DNA of 58,488 nt, the filler included, from Candidatus Hydrogenedentota bacterium (GTDB lineage: Bacteria > JBFMHD01): assembly GCA_040752395.1 (NCBI GenBank). It is 4 parts of 4 records of this genome, joined end to end, with 100 filler letters (N's around TTAATTAATTAA, not from the genome) between each part and the next. Parts side by side here need not be neighbours in the genome. Positions count along the whole stretch, not along the records: positions 10,736 to 37,606 come from JBFMHD010000009.1; 3 more parts are not named here. One strand, given 5' to 3'. How positions within the stretch are numbered: the stretch's first letter is position 1; each line of letters begins with the position of its first letter. Positions 19,566 to 30,322 of the stretch are shown here, piece after piece. The notes under the pieces are model-generated. The model saw nothing but the letters and a program-made list of their open reading frames with translations. It ran no database searches and was not told the origin of the DNA. The position numbers and the translations under genes were made by a program.

Positions 19566-21080
19566 ATGGAAGACACAGTAAGAAAAAGATATTTTTTTAA
19601 ATTACTCACTAATTTTACCGCCTTATTACTGGGTATACTCTCTGTAACGATTATTCCAAGAGCTTTAGGTGTGGCTTTATATGGTGATTACAATTTTCTT
19701 TTAACCTCATTATTAGCGATACTTGTTTTTTTAGATTTTAATACCTCAACAGCTTTTTATACATATTCGGCACGTGATACCAAAGCTGATATAAAAGAAT
19801 TTACTTTTATTATTGTTTTTTTATTGGTTTTTTTTATTTTTATCACAGGAATTGTATTATTGGTTTCTGTAGATTTTTATAAATACATATTTCCAGGACA
19901 AAAACCTGATAATATAATATTAATGACGATACTTGTTACCACAATTATCATAGTAAGGGTTATTAGCGGTTATAGTGATGCTAAAGCCTTAACAGTTACA
20001 ACGGAAAAAATAAATGTCATTGTCAGGATAATTACTTTTATAATCATTCTCATACTTTTTTTGAGTTTAAATCTAAATTTACAAACTTATGTTTTAACCC
20101 AGATTATCAGTTTCTTTGTAATCGCATCCTGTGCTGTATGCTGTATTAATCGAAAGATTTTAATCAAGAATATAATAAAATTTAATAATATTGATTTCAG
20201 ATTTTTTGTGGATTACTGGTACAGATTCAGTGGCCCCTTATTTATATATAATATTTTCGGTTTTATTATTGCTTTCTTTGATAGGTGGATATTACAATTT
20301 GCTTCAGGCTCAAGAGAGCAGGGTTACTATTCTTTCGCATTTCAGATAGGTACTGTGATTAATACTCTGGTAGTATCGTTTACCCCTATATTCAGACGCG
20401 AAGTCGTAAAATACAATTATATAAATGATGTAGGAAATATAAAGAGGTTGTTTGTAAAATATACTTATTTTTTTTTTACTTTAAGTACTTTTCTATCCTT
20501 AATTATGTTTTTTTTAGCCAGGCAGATATTGAAATTGGCTGGTAGTGATTTTAAAGATGCTTTACTACCCTTTTTAATAATATGTTTCTATCCGATGTAT
20601 CAGGTCTATGGACATATGTGCGGTGAGATGTTTATTGCTACGGAGAGAACGAAAATTTATACAAAACTCGGAATGTTTACTAATACCATCGGATTGCTTG
20701 CTGCTTATTTTATACTTGCACCAAAAAAATTATTGATTCCCGGCTTAGAATTAGGAGCGATTGGGTTGGCGTTAAAAATGGTATTGGTGAATATTTTTCA
20801 TATACATATCCTTCTTTATTTTTGTTGTTTAATATTTAACCTGAATTTTTTCGATTTCATTATCCATCAATTAAAAGTTTTATCTTTATTTTTTATTATT
20901 GGGTGTCTCTCTTATTATATAAGTTATAATACCTTTATAAATAATGATATCCTAAATATCATAACATTTATTTTTCTTTTTTCTCTGATAATTATTACAC
21001 TTGTTCTAAAAAAATCTACAATTGTTGGTATAACTATAGATAAAGAATTTGTTTATAGTTTTATAAATAAAATATTTTGA
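19566..21080 (+). CDS. Wzx-like polysaccharide flippase
   Basis: Many TM segments; IPRALGVALYG, DRWILQ, GYYSFA, LGAIGLA. Confidence 0.8.
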   Translation: MEDTVRKRYFFKLLTNFTALLLGILSVTIIPRALGVALYGDYNFLLTSLLAILVFLDFNTSTAFYTYSARDTKADIKEFTFIIVFLLVFFIFITGIVLLVSVDFYKYIFPGQKPDNIILMTILVTTIIIVRVISGYSDAKALTVTTEKINVIVRIITFIIILILFLSLNLNLQTYVLTQIISFFVIASCAVCCINRKILIKNIIKFNNIDFRFFVDYWYRFSGPLFIYNIFGFIIAFFDRWILQFASGSREQGYYSFAFQIGTVINTLVVSFTPIFRREVVKYNYINDVGNIKRLFVKYTYFFFTLSTFLSLIMFFLARQILKLAGSDFKDALLPFLIICFYPMYQVYGHMCGEMFIATERTKIYTKLGMFTNTIGLLAAYFILAPKKLLIPGLELGAIGLALKMVLVNIFHIHILLYFCCLIFNLNFFDFIIHQLKVLSLFFIIGCLSYYISYNTFINNDILNIITFIFLFSLIIITLVLKKSTIVGITIDKEFVYSFINKIF

Positions 21081-21089
21081 TTTTGTTTT

Positions 21090-22880
21090 ATGTTTTTAGC
21101 ATTAACACCGCATCATCAATTCTGGGAATATGAGAATAATTCAATAACATTGCTTGGAGAATGGTGTCTTACTGATGAAACACGCAATATACTAAAAAAT
21201 AAGAAATACAAAATAGTGACTACACCATGGAAAAATAAAAGAATCTCTGACGAGATACTCTATATCTTTGATTTTTTAAGATTTCTAATCCCGCATTTTA
21301 CTAAAATACTAAATGAGGTCCATAATGTAGATAAATCACAAAAATACTGGAAAACCATATTATCAGCCTGGCTTTATGATTATATCAGTGTGATATATGA
21401 TGGCTATTTAAGATTAAAGAAATCAAAGGACGAACTCGGTGAATTTAAAACATATTTTACCGATGAAAATTTGTACTATCCTATCCTGAATCATTTATAT
21501 TTCTTATATCTTTTAAATAAAGACAATTATCGCTTATATCTTTTTTCAATAATAGGTAGAGAGATGGGATTAGAGGGAGGCAGAGTAAATCTTGTCAAAC
21601 AAGATTATTTTGGTGAGTATGTATCGTTTTTTTTAAAACATAAAAAGGATAGAGATTTAAAAAGGATATTTATGAAGAAATTGCTGATATTTTTGAGCGT
21701 TATTAATCCATTCCTTAAAAAGAAAATAATTGTTGATGGTATCTCTTCTTATGATAAATTTATACTCTCTTTTAAAACTGGACTTAATTTACATACTGAT
21801 ATTCCCTGGCGCGAGCTTGATAATCTACTTTTAAATAGAATAAATAAGGAAAATATTATAAACCAGACATCAAGAGATGTCTTCGAAAAATTACCATACC
21901 GTAATAAATTTGAAGAGATATTATGCAAAACAATGAAATTTAATTTTCCGGTTTATTATTTAGAAAAATATAAAAAAATGTTAGACCTGTTAAAGTCACA
22001 TATGAATAAAAATATAAGGTCCATAATGACTGTAAACTGGAACAATATTGAATCACTTAAATTTACCGCTGCTTCAATAGCTGATAACAATGGAAAATTA
22101 ATAGCACTCCAGCACGGCGGTGCAGCAGGCGTTACTATGAATTTCCCAGAGGAATTAATTGATAGATATATAACAGATATTTATGTAAGTTCAGGCTGGA
22201 TGGAAGAAAAAAATATTGATAGTGAACTTTGCAAAGTTGTTCCACTACCCCGAACCGCATATGGCAGACTTAATAATACATGGCTAAATAAATCTGATGA
22301 ATGTGTTTTAGTGGGGAATGCGATACTAAGATATATTTATAGAATCCAGCCATTTTATAGCCCTGAAGATATGGAAGAATATTTTGAGTGGAAATATGTG
22401 TTTTTCAATTCATTAGACCAGAATATCTTAAACAAATTTTGCTATAGACCATACCCTTATGAATTTGGGTATAACGAGATTGAAAGAATAAAAGAAAAAT
22501 TTCCCAAGATGAAATTTTTAACAGACGTAAATCTTATAGAGTTTATGAAAGGATGTAGACTGGTTGTATCAGACCATCTTGCAACATCGTATCTCGAATC
22601 ATTAATTATTAATGTACCAACGGTTTTATTCTGGGATAAAGAAATTTTTAGAATCAGACCATCTGCTTGCAGCTATTTTAATAATTTTCAAAGTGTCAAG
22701 ATTTTACATTATACACCAGATGACGCTGCACACCATATAAATCAAATCTTTGATAATATTGAGAGTTGGTGGCTGGATGAAAGGGTTCAGAAAGCACGAT
22801 TAGATTTTGTTAATTATCTTGGTTTTTCGTCTCCGGATTGGAGCACTAAATGGAAGCAATTTATTAAACAAGAGTTATGA
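21090..22880 (+). CDS. Putative surface-carbohydrate transferase (LIC12162-like family)
   Basis: LGEWC, QHGG, SGW, TSYLESL…PTVLFW, WWLDERVQKAR. Confidence 0.65.
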   Translation: MFLALTPHHQFWEYENNSITLLGEWCLTDETRNILKNKKYKIVTTPWKNKRISDEILYIFDFLRFLIPHFTKILNEVHNVDKSQKYWKTILSAWLYDYISVIYDGYLRLKKSKDELGEFKTYFTDENLYYPILNHLYFLYLLNKDNYRLYLFSIIGREMGLEGGRVNLVKQDYFGEYVSFFLKHKKDRDLKRIFMKKLLIFLSVINPFLKKKIIVDGISSYDKFILSFKTGLNLHTDIPWRELDNLLLNRINKENIINQTSRDVFEKLPYRNKFEEILCKTMKFNFPVYYLEKYKKMLDLLKSHMNKNIRSIMTVNWNNIESLKFTAASIADNNGKLIALQHGGAAGVTMNFPEELIDRYITDIYVSSGWMEEKNIDSELCKVVPLPRTAYGRLNNTWLNKSDECVLVGNAILRYIYRIQPFYSPEDMEEYFEWKYVFFNSLDQNILNKFCYRPYPYEFGYNEIERIKEKFPKMKFLTDVNLIEFMKGCRLVVSDHLATSYLESLIINVPTVLFWDKEIFRIRPSACSYFNNFQSVKILHYTPDDAAHHINQIFDNIESWWLDERVQKARLDFVNYLGFSSPDWSTKWKQFIKQEL

Positions 22881-24373
22881 ATAAACCAAAAAACTTTAAA
22901 TTACTCTTTATTTTTCCCAATATAGCAATGGCTAATCCACCACCAATGAGTCTTTCAATCTTTAATGCTTTACTAAGAGACCTTCCAGTTGAAATTAGAT
23001 TATTCGATACAACCGCATATTTTGGTTTGGGAAAAAAGTTTTTTGATAAAATGAAAGAAGATTTATTACAGGTCAAACCTTTTGATTTTCAAGAAAGAAA
23101 TATCAAGATAAAAGAGACAGACCCGATTAATGACTTACAAAACCTGGTGGAAGAATATAAACCTGATTTAATAGCACTCTCCTGTAATGAGGTTACATTT
23201 AAACAGGGTATCGAGCTGTTAAATAGTATAAAAGATTTTAAATCCAAGAATAATGTTAAAGTTATAGTGGGTGGTATTTTAGTGACTTCTGCACCTGAGT
23301 TCGTATTGAGTTATGATATTATTGATATGGTTTGTATTGGCGAAGGAGAACACGTCATAACAGAATTAATAGACAGGATGATAAATGGCCAGGCTATAGA
23401 TAATATAAAGAATATATATATAAAATCCGATGGTAAAATTATTAAAAATTCGATTAGAGAATTAGTGGATTTAAATGAGCTACCGATACCTGATTTCAGT
23501 ATTTTTGAAGAAAATAGGTTTTACAGACCTATGGGTGGAAAAGTCTGGCGCTTATTCCCCATAGAAACAGATAGAGGATGCCCTTATAAATGTACATATT
23601 GCGGTTCCCCAATGTTGAATAAAATATATTTAAATAGATTTTATAGAAAAAAAAGTATGGAAAAGATAGATATGGAATTACATAACTTAGTGTATAATTG
23701 GGATGCAGAGTACATTTTTTTCCCTTCTGACAATTTTTTAATTGCATCAGATGATGAATTTAATAATTTTATCAGAATATATAAGAAGTATCAGAAACCG
23801 TTCTGGATTCAGAGCAGAGCCGAGACCTGCAATCTCGAGAGATTGAAGAAATTAAGAGATGTGGGTTGTGACCGGATGTCGTTAGGACTGGAACATGGCA
23901 ATGAAGAATTTAGAAAGAATGTTTTGCAAAAAACTTTTACTAATGAACAATTTCTTAAGGCGGTTGAAGCTGTTAATGAAGCAGGCATTATACTTACAGT
24001 AAATAATATGATTGGGTTTCCAGATGAGACACGAGAACTTGCTTTTGATACAATTAAATTTAATCGTAGAATTAAGAGTGATTCTATCAATGCTTTTACC
24101 TTTGCCCCTTTCCGAGGAACTAAACTTTATGATATCTGTATAGAAAAAGGCTACCTATCACGCGATATTTTAGCCGGTGTCTTTCAGGAGACCTCTGTAT
24201 TGAATATGCCTTTTTTCACAAAAGAGGAGATTATGGGCTTGATTAAAACTTTTGTATTATACGTAAAAATGCCTGAAAAATACTGGCCATTGATTAAAGA
24301 AGCAGAAAAAAATGATCCACGAGGCAAAGAATGTCTCGAAGAATTAAAAAAAGAATATAAGAGATTATTTTGA
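22877..24373 (+). CDS. B12-binding radical SAM protein
   Basis: GEGE, RGCPYKCTYC, GLEHGNE, PFRGTKL. Confidence 0.9.
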   Translation: MNKPKNFKLLFIFPNIAMANPPPMSLSIFNALLRDLPVEIRLFDTTAYFGLGKKFFDKMKEDLLQVKPFDFQERNIKIKETDPINDLQNLVEEYKPDLIALSCNEVTFKQGIELLNSIKDFKSKNNVKVIVGGILVTSAPEFVLSYDIIDMVCIGEGEHVITELIDRMINGQAIDNIKNIYIKSDGKIIKNSIRELVDLNELPIPDFSIFEENRFYRPMGGKVWRLFPIETDRGCPYKCTYCGSPMLNKIYLNRFYRKKSMEKIDMELHNLVYNWDAEYIFFPSDNFLIASDDEFNNFIRIYKKYQKPFWIQSRAETCNLERLKKLRDVGCDRMSLGLEHGNEEFRKNVLQKTFTNEQFLKAVEAVNEAGIILTVNNMIGFPDETRELAFDTIKFNRRIKSDSINAFTFAPFRGTKLYDICIEKGYLSRDILAGVFQETSVLNMPFFTKEEIMGLIKTFVLYVKMPEKYWPLIKEAEKNDPRGKECLEELKKEYKRLF

Positions 24374-24447
24374 GCCTGTTGCACAAGTCTTTTGATAAAT
24401 AAATTTTTTGAAAAAATCAAGAGAAATTTTTCTGAAGTGGTAATCCG

Positions 24448-24860
24448 TCAGTTATTGGTGCAGTAGAATTTACTTAAGAAGCAAGAAGCAAGATTAAGGA
24501 AACTCCACCAAAGACTGAGAACGTGTGAAAAAATACGGCAAATGTAGTGAGGGACTTCAGTCCCGTAAAATAATTCATTGATAGTTTTATAATTAAAGAA
24601 CCCAAAGACGCACCTAAAGGTGCTCACTACAATTTTTTCACACGTTCTGAGGGAATACGAGGTCTCTTTTAAACCCCCTTTATCGCATCTAAAGATGCTC
24701 ATTACATTTTTTATTTTTTTGTAATTTCAATATAATCAATATAATGTAAAGAGGGTCACAAGACCCGTTCTTTAGTCTTTATGCCTGTTTTTAAAGAATT
24801 TTGTAGAACTAATTGATGAACATATACTTCTTACTTTTGACTTTTGACTTGTCATAGGAG
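24448..24860. mobile_element. Tandem MITE-like units (24448-24519, 24515-24651), a block shared with 46630-46706, and an SD-anchored module
   Basis: TIRs AGAACGTGTGAAAAAAT/ATTTTTTCACACGTTCT with inner TGTAGTGAG/CTCACTACA; ends GACTTGTCATAGGAG before ATG 24870. Confidence 0.75.
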
Positions 24861-24869
24861 ATATTATAA

Positions 24870-25712
24870 ATGAGTATAAAATTGAAAGTTTATAAATTTT
24901 TTGTTAATGTGTTAAAGCAAGGGGTAGAATTTTTTGGACGCTCAAAAGCAACGCATATATATGCAAGCTTAATCGAAGAACTATCTCCGGTTTTGATGAC
25001 AGATACTCCATCAGGGATGATAAAATTTTTTTGTCCAAATAGAGTAATTGAATGGCGTGCAAATACTTTATTAACAAAAGAACCAGAAACCATTGAATGG
25101 ATAGATACATTTGCAAATAATGAGACCTTATGGGATATAGGAGCTAATATAGGTGTTTATTCTTTGTATGCAGCATTGAAAGGCTTGCGAGTTCTCGCCT
25201 TCGAACCAGCTGCCTGTAACTATTATATCCTCAATAAGAATATCGAGATAAATAAAATGAGCGATCGGATTTCAAGCTTTTGTTTTGCATTTAATGACCT
25301 AACAAAAATCGATAATTTTTATATGAGTAACGTAGAATTTGGGGGAGCAGAACATGTCTTTGCTCAGGAGATCGACTGGAAAGGAGAGAAATTTTTACCT
25401 GTATTTAAACAAGCTACCATTGGTTTTACCATGGATGAATTTATTGATTATTTTAACCCGCAATTCCCCAATTATATAAAAATCGATGTTGATGGCATAG
25501 AAGATAAGATTATTAAAGGAGCTTATAAAACATTAAAAGATGACAGGGTAAAGTCGATATTAGTTGAATTGAACATAGCAAAAAAAGAGGTTTATAATGA
25601 GATAACAGATATTTTAAAAAACGCAGGTTTTAGTTTAGTTAAAAGGTCTCATTCACCAGATTTTGATAATACTAAATATTCAGATATTTATAATTGTATT
25701 TTCAGCCGCTAA
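24870..25712 (+). CDS. FkbM family methyltransferase
   Basis: KEPETIEWI, DIGANIG, AFEP, IKIDVDG. Confidence 0.9.
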   Translation: MSIKLKVYKFFVNVLKQGVEFFGRSKATHIYASLIEELSPVLMTDTPSGMIKFFCPNRVIEWRANTLLTKEPETIEWIDTFANNETLWDIGANIGVYSLYAALKGLRVLAFEPAACNYYILNKNIEINKMSDRISSFCFAFNDLTKIDNFYMSNVEFGGAEHVFAQEIDWKGEKFLPVFKQATIGFTMDEFIDYFNPQFPNYIKIDVDGIEDKIIKGAYKTLKDDRVKSILVELNIAKKEVYNEITDILKNAGFSLVKRSHSPDFDNTKYSDIYNCIFSR

Positions 25713-25796
25713 ACCAGATTTATTGGCCCCTGCCTTAATAATGAAATTTGCAGGCTCTATATCATTTTTCCATAATCTTTTAATCTTTCAATAATT

Positions 25797-27638
25797 ATGT
25801 CAGATATACATACAGAGAAGTTAATATTAGCAGATTCGTTTCTTTCAGCTGAAAGAATTGTTAGTAAGATTAAAAATAAAGAGAAGTTTAAGTGGACATA
25901 TATAGGCAGAGATTATGTTAGATATCAAAAATTTAGTTTAAAATTCGGGGAAAAAGGTAGCTTTATAAGTCTTTCTAAAAAATTAGATGAGGTTTCTGAT
26001 TCTTTAAGAAAACCATTTATGGAGTGGTTAGATGAATTAAATTATAGATATGAGAGTGATATTATATGGTGGTTTACTTCGGTTTCGGGTCGTAATACAT
26101 TAGGCAGTGATTTATTTTTAAATATATGTTATTTATTTATAATTGAGGAACTTATTAAATCGAATAATTTGCCAGCTGTAATCATATATGAAGATAAAAA
26201 AGTTATAAAAGAGGCTGAAAAGATTTTTCAAAAACATAACATAGATTTTAGAAGAATTTGGTCTTTTCCCTTTGCAGGCCACTTAAAAAATGTTTTAAGA
26301 CCATTTTGTCTTTATATTAAATTTATTTTCAATCTTTTAATTATAAAGTTTTCGGCTTTTATAACGAGATGTTTTATTCATAAAGAATATAGTCACAACA
26401 ATAGCTCTATAATGGTTTTAACTTATTTAACAGATAAAGATTTTGATAAAGACGGCATATTTAAAGATAAATATTTTCCTTTTTTATATGAATGGTTAAA
26501 AAATAATGGATATAATTTTTGTTTATTGCCACATTTATTTAATATAAAAAATTATTGGAGGGTTTTTCAGTGTATTAGAAAATCGAATATCAGGTTTATT
26601 GTCGAGTATGATTATATAAACATATTTGATTATATAGCTATTTTCTTGTATTCTTTTAAAATATTTGTTAAAAATTTTGTATTTCCTGTTTTTATTGATA
26701 AAGATATATCAGCGCTGTGTAAATCAGAGTTAAAGAGTATTAATAACATTTTATCTATTGTAAGCGGTATTACTAAGTACAGACTGGCTATGAAATTATT
26801 TAAAAGCAATATAAAACCAGAAATATTTATACTCTGGTATGAAAATCAGATAAAAGACAAGGCTATTATTTATGGGATAAGAAAATTTTTACCAGATACA
26901 AAAATCACAGGACTCCAGTCTTTTGTCTATTGCCCTAATTATTTATTTTTATACCCTCTTCAATCTGAAGTAAAATTTAAAATAGTGCCTGATAAGATTC
27001 TGGTTACAGGAAAATTATTTTGCGACATTGCCAAAAATTATAGTTCAGATGTAAAATGTGGTGTTGCACCAGCTTTGAGATATTCATATCTTTATAAAAA
27101 CAACACAACTCTTAAGATCTCCAGGGATAAAAAAATAGTATTAGTATTGTCTCCATATTCTACTCTGGAAGCCAGCGAGTTTTTATTACAGCTATCAGAG
27201 GCAATAGATGGTAGAAATGAATTGTATCTATTAAAGGTTCACCCGGATATTAATCAGGACAAATTTATAGATATTCTAAAAAAATTAAGAATATTAAATA
27301 ATTATAGAATATTTGGAGAAAATTTAACTGATGGTTTTAGGATGGCGGATGTTGTGATATCAACTGCTTCTGGAACCGCACTTGAAGCCCTAACTTTTGG
27401 TATCCCTGTTATTCTTATTGCTAAATTATTGTCTCTGACTTTTAATCCATTAGTTTATGTTAGAGAGGATATCTGGAGAGTTTGTTATACTCCAGAAGAA
27501 ATAAATAAAACACTGGATTATTATTTAAGGATTGACGAAGCTGTGAAAAGAAGTTTTATTCAAATTGGTAAAAATATCAGACAGGACTATTTTGAACCCA
27601 TTAATGATGAAGGTTTAAAAGAGTTTGTAACTTTTTAA
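25797..27638 (+). CDS. Surface carbohydrate biosynthesis protein (GT-B-like C-terminus)
   Basis: WYENQ, PDKILVTG, KVHP, TALEALTFGIPVI. Confidence 0.55.
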   Translation: MSDIHTEKLILADSFLSAERIVSKIKNKEKFKWTYIGRDYVRYQKFSLKFGEKGSFISLSKKLDEVSDSLRKPFMEWLDELNYRYESDIIWWFTSVSGRNTLGSDLFLNICYLFIIEELIKSNNLPAVIIYEDKKVIKEAEKIFQKHNIDFRRIWSFPFAGHLKNVLRPFCLYIKFIFNLLIIKFSAFITRCFIHKEYSHNNSSIMVLTYLTDKDFDKDGIFKDKYFPFLYEWLKNNGYNFCLLPHLFNIKNYWRVFQCIRKSNIRFIVEYDYINIFDYIAIFLYSFKIFVKNFVFPVFIDKDISALCKSELKSINNILSIVSGITKYRLAMKLFKSNIKPEIFILWYENQIKDKAIIYGIRKFLPDTKITGLQSFVYCPNYLFLYPLQSEVKFKIVPDKILVTGKLFCDIAKNYSSDVKCGVAPALRYSYLYKNNTTLKISRDKKIVLVLSPYSTLEASEFLLQLSEAIDGRNELYLLKVHPDINQDKFIDILKKLRILNNYRIFGENLTDGFRMADVVISTASGTALEALTFGIPVILIAKLLSLTFNPLVYVREDIWRVCYTPEEINKTLDYYLRIDEAVKRSFIQIGKNIRQDYFEPINDEGLKEFVTF

Positions 27639-27660
27639 TATGGCTGATATGCCATAAAGC

Positions 27661-27773
27661 CTCAGTTATTGCTGCAGTAGAATTTACTTAAGAAGCAAGA
27701 GGCAAGGTAACGGAAAAGAAAGATAACGAAAGAGGCAAGAAGCAAGATTACGGAATCCCACTACAAGACTGAG
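27661..27773. mobile_element. MITE-like unit with AAGCAAG/GAGGCAA heptamer interior
   Basis: CTCAG-TTATTGCTGCAGTAG…CTACAAGA-CTGAG; homologous to 24448-24519. Confidence 0.75.
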
Positions 27774-27819
27774 GGAATACCCTCTCAATTATTTTTAGCT
27801 TTTTCTAAGGTGGTTTGTT

Positions 27820-28590
27820 ATGATAAATAGACTAAAAAAGAAACTGCAAGGTAACAGATTAACCATAGGCTCATGGATAACTCTTGGGGATACATCAGTT
27901 GCTGAGATAATGGCTGATGCTGGTTTTGAGTGGCTGGTCATTGATATGGAGCACAGTGTCATAGATTATGGGTTATGTCAAAATTTAATCTCAGTAATTG
28001 AGAGTAAAAAATGCGTTCCTCTTGTAAGGGTTGGAGCAAATGACCCTCTTATTATTAAAAGAGTGATGGATGCAGGTGCTTATGGCGTTATTGTTCCAAT
28101 GGTTAATAATAGAGATGACGCAGAAAAAGCAGTAAAATCTGTAAAATATCCGCCGATCGGAACAAGAGGAGTGGGATTATACAGGGCTCAGGGATATGGT
28201 ACTCGATTTACTGAATACGCCAAGTTCATAAATAGTAATTCTATAGTGATTGTGCAAATAGAGCATATTGAAGCTGTAGAAAATCTCGAAGAGATTTTAG
28301 GTGTGGAGGGGATAGATGGTTGTATTATAGGACCGTATGATTTATCGGGTTCTATGGGTATCCCTGGTAAATTTAATCATCCAAAGATGAAAAAAAACAT
28401 TGTTAAGATTGAGAGCGTATGCAAAAGAATGAAAAAGGTGCTCGGTATGCATATAATTAAACCTGATATTAAAGAGGCTATAATCAAAATAAAAAGAGGT
28501 TACTCTTTTATAGCATTTAGTTTAGATTTTTATTTTCTTGGCGAGAGTTGTAGAAACCATTTAAAAGAGTTAAGAAAATCATATAATTAA
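27820..28590 (+). CDS. HpcH/HpaI family aldolase
   Basis: IDMEHS, MDAGAYGVIVPMV, YPPIGTRG, QIEH, GPYDLS. Confidence 0.92.
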   Translation: MINRLKKKLQGNRLTIGSWITLGDTSVAEIMADAGFEWLVIDMEHSVIDYGLCQNLISVIESKKCVPLVRVGANDPLIIKRVMDAGAYGVIVPMVNNRDDAEKAVKSVKYPPIGTRGVGLYRAQGYGTRFTEYAKFINSNSIVIVQIEHIEAVENLEEILGVEGIDGCIIGPYDLSGSMGIPGKFNHPKMKKNIVKIESVCKRMKKVLGMHIIKPDIKEAIIKIKRGYSFIAFSLDFYFLGESCRNHLKELRKSYN

Positions 28591-28595
28591 ATTTT

Positions 28596-29360
28596 ATGAT
28601 TATAATCGGCATTATACCAGCAAGAATGGGGTCTTCGAGGTTTTGGGGTAAACCTATGGCAAAGATACTCGGCATACCAATGATAGGTCATGTCTATATG
28701 AAAAGTAAGAAATGTAAAACACTGAATGAAGTTTATGTAGCGACCTGTGATAAAGAAATATTTGATTATATTAATACTCTTGATGGTAAAGCCATTATGA
28801 CATCGGATAAACATCAGCGATGTACTGATAGGATTGCTGAAGCGCTTTTGTATATAGAAAAAGATTTAAACTGTAAAATAGATATTGTAGTTAATATACA
28901 GGGTGATGAACCGATGATTTATCCTGAGATGATAGATGAAGCATTAAAACCAATGATAGAGGATGTTAATATTGTTACAACCAATCTTATGGCGCCTATT
29001 AAAACAATAGAAGAATTCAATGACCCCAATACTGTAAAAGTTGTTGTTGATAAAAAGAATTACGCATTGTATTTTTCAAGGGAACCGATACCATCGCTAA
29101 AGAAGGGGGCTGAATCAGTCCAGATGTCAAAGCAGGTATGTGTGATACCTTTTAGACGCGATTTCCTGATTAAGTTCAATGACCTGCCGAGCACACCGCT
29201 TGAAATAGCTGAATCTGTTGATATGCTGCGTGTGATTGAACACGGATATAAAGTTAAAATGGTAATGACGAGGTATGAAACTTATAGCGTTGATACACGG
29301 GATGATTTATTAAAAGTTGAAAGAATTATGATGAAAGAATTTGAGGGAGGTAAATTATGA
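28596..29360 (+). CDS. KdsB-like CMP-ulosonate cytidylyltransferase
   Basis: IPARMGSSRF, TDRIAEA, NIQGDEP, ALYFSR, SVDT. Confidence 0.9.
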   Translation: MIIIGIIPARMGSSRFWGKPMAKILGIPMIGHVYMKSKKCKTLNEVYVATCDKEIFDYINTLDGKAIMTSDKHQRCTDRIAEALLYIEKDLNCKIDIVVNIQGDEPMIYPEMIDEALKPMIEDVNIVTTNLMAPIKTIEEFNDPNTVKVVVDKKNYALYFSREPIPSLKKGAESVQMSKQVCVIPFRRDFLIKFNDLPSTPLEIAESVDMLRVIEHGYKVKMVMTRYETYSVDTRDDLLKVERIMMKEFEGGKL

Positions 29361-30247
29361 AAAAAATAATGGTTATAGGCGGCTCGGGATTTTTAGGTAA
29401 AGCTATCTCTGATGTTTTAGCAGAGAAAAATAATAAAGTAATAATATATGATCTTACAGAACCAGAGAAATTATATAAAAATCAATGTTATATCTATGGA
29501 GATATTATGGATTATAAAAATTTAATGAAGAATATGAAGGGGGTTGATTATGTATATAATTTTGCAGCTGTATCAAATATAGAATATGCACATTTTCACC
29601 CTGTTGAAACAATCAAAATAAATGTTATAGGTAATACATATGTTCTTGATTTATGCGTTAAAAATAAGGTAAAAAGATATGTATTTGCAAGTTCGATATA
29701 TGTCTATGCTGACAAGGGCTCATTTTACAGGGTAAGCAAACAATCCTGTGAACTTCTTATAGAAGCGTATAGCGAGGTATATAATTTACCCTATACTATA
29801 TTAAGATTCGGCTCGATTTATGGTCCTGTAGACGGCCGAAATAACTGGTTATATAAGATTATTAAAGAAGCACTTAAAAAGGGTGTAATAACAAGGCTCG
29901 GGGACGGTGAAGAACTGAGAGAATACATTCATTTATATGATGCTGCTTTAGCAAGTGTGGAGATATTATCTAAAAAATATGAGAATAAAAATGTGTTAAT
30001 CACAGGGAACCAAAAAATGAAAATAAAAGATATTTTAAATATGATTAATGAAATGATGGGAAACAAGATTAAAATCATTTATAAACCAATAAAAGATAAA
30101 CTTCATTATGAAATAACACCTTTTGTATTTAAACCGAAGTTAGCTGAAAGACTTTTGGTTAGCTCGCATATTGATTTAGGGGAAGGGATTCTTGATTGTG
30201 CTTATAAAATTTATAGTCAATTAAGAACAGCTTCAGAAAAAAAGTAA
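29357..30247 (+). CDS. NAD-dependent epimerase/dehydratase
   Basis: GGSGFLG, YRVSK, LRFGSIYGP. Confidence 0.9.
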   Translation: MKKIMVIGGSGFLGKAISDVLAEKNNKVIIYDLTEPEKLYKNQCYIYGDIMDYKNLMKNMKGVDYVYNFAAVSNIEYAHFHPVETIKINVIGNTYVLDLCVKNKVKRYVFASSIYVYADKGSFYRVSKQSCELLIEAYSEVYNLPYTILRFGSIYGPVDGRNNWLYKIIKEALKKGVITRLGDGEELREYIHLYDAALASVEILSKKYENKNVLITGNQKMKIKDILNMINEMMGNKIKIIYKPIKDKLHYEITPFVFKPKLAERLLVSSHIDLGEGILDCAYKIYSQLRTASEKK

Positions 30248-30322
30248 TATTATTGTTGATATTATTTTTTCATTGTAATAAATAATAGGTTGTGTTTTAT
30301 AGCTTATGTAGAGGTTTGAGAT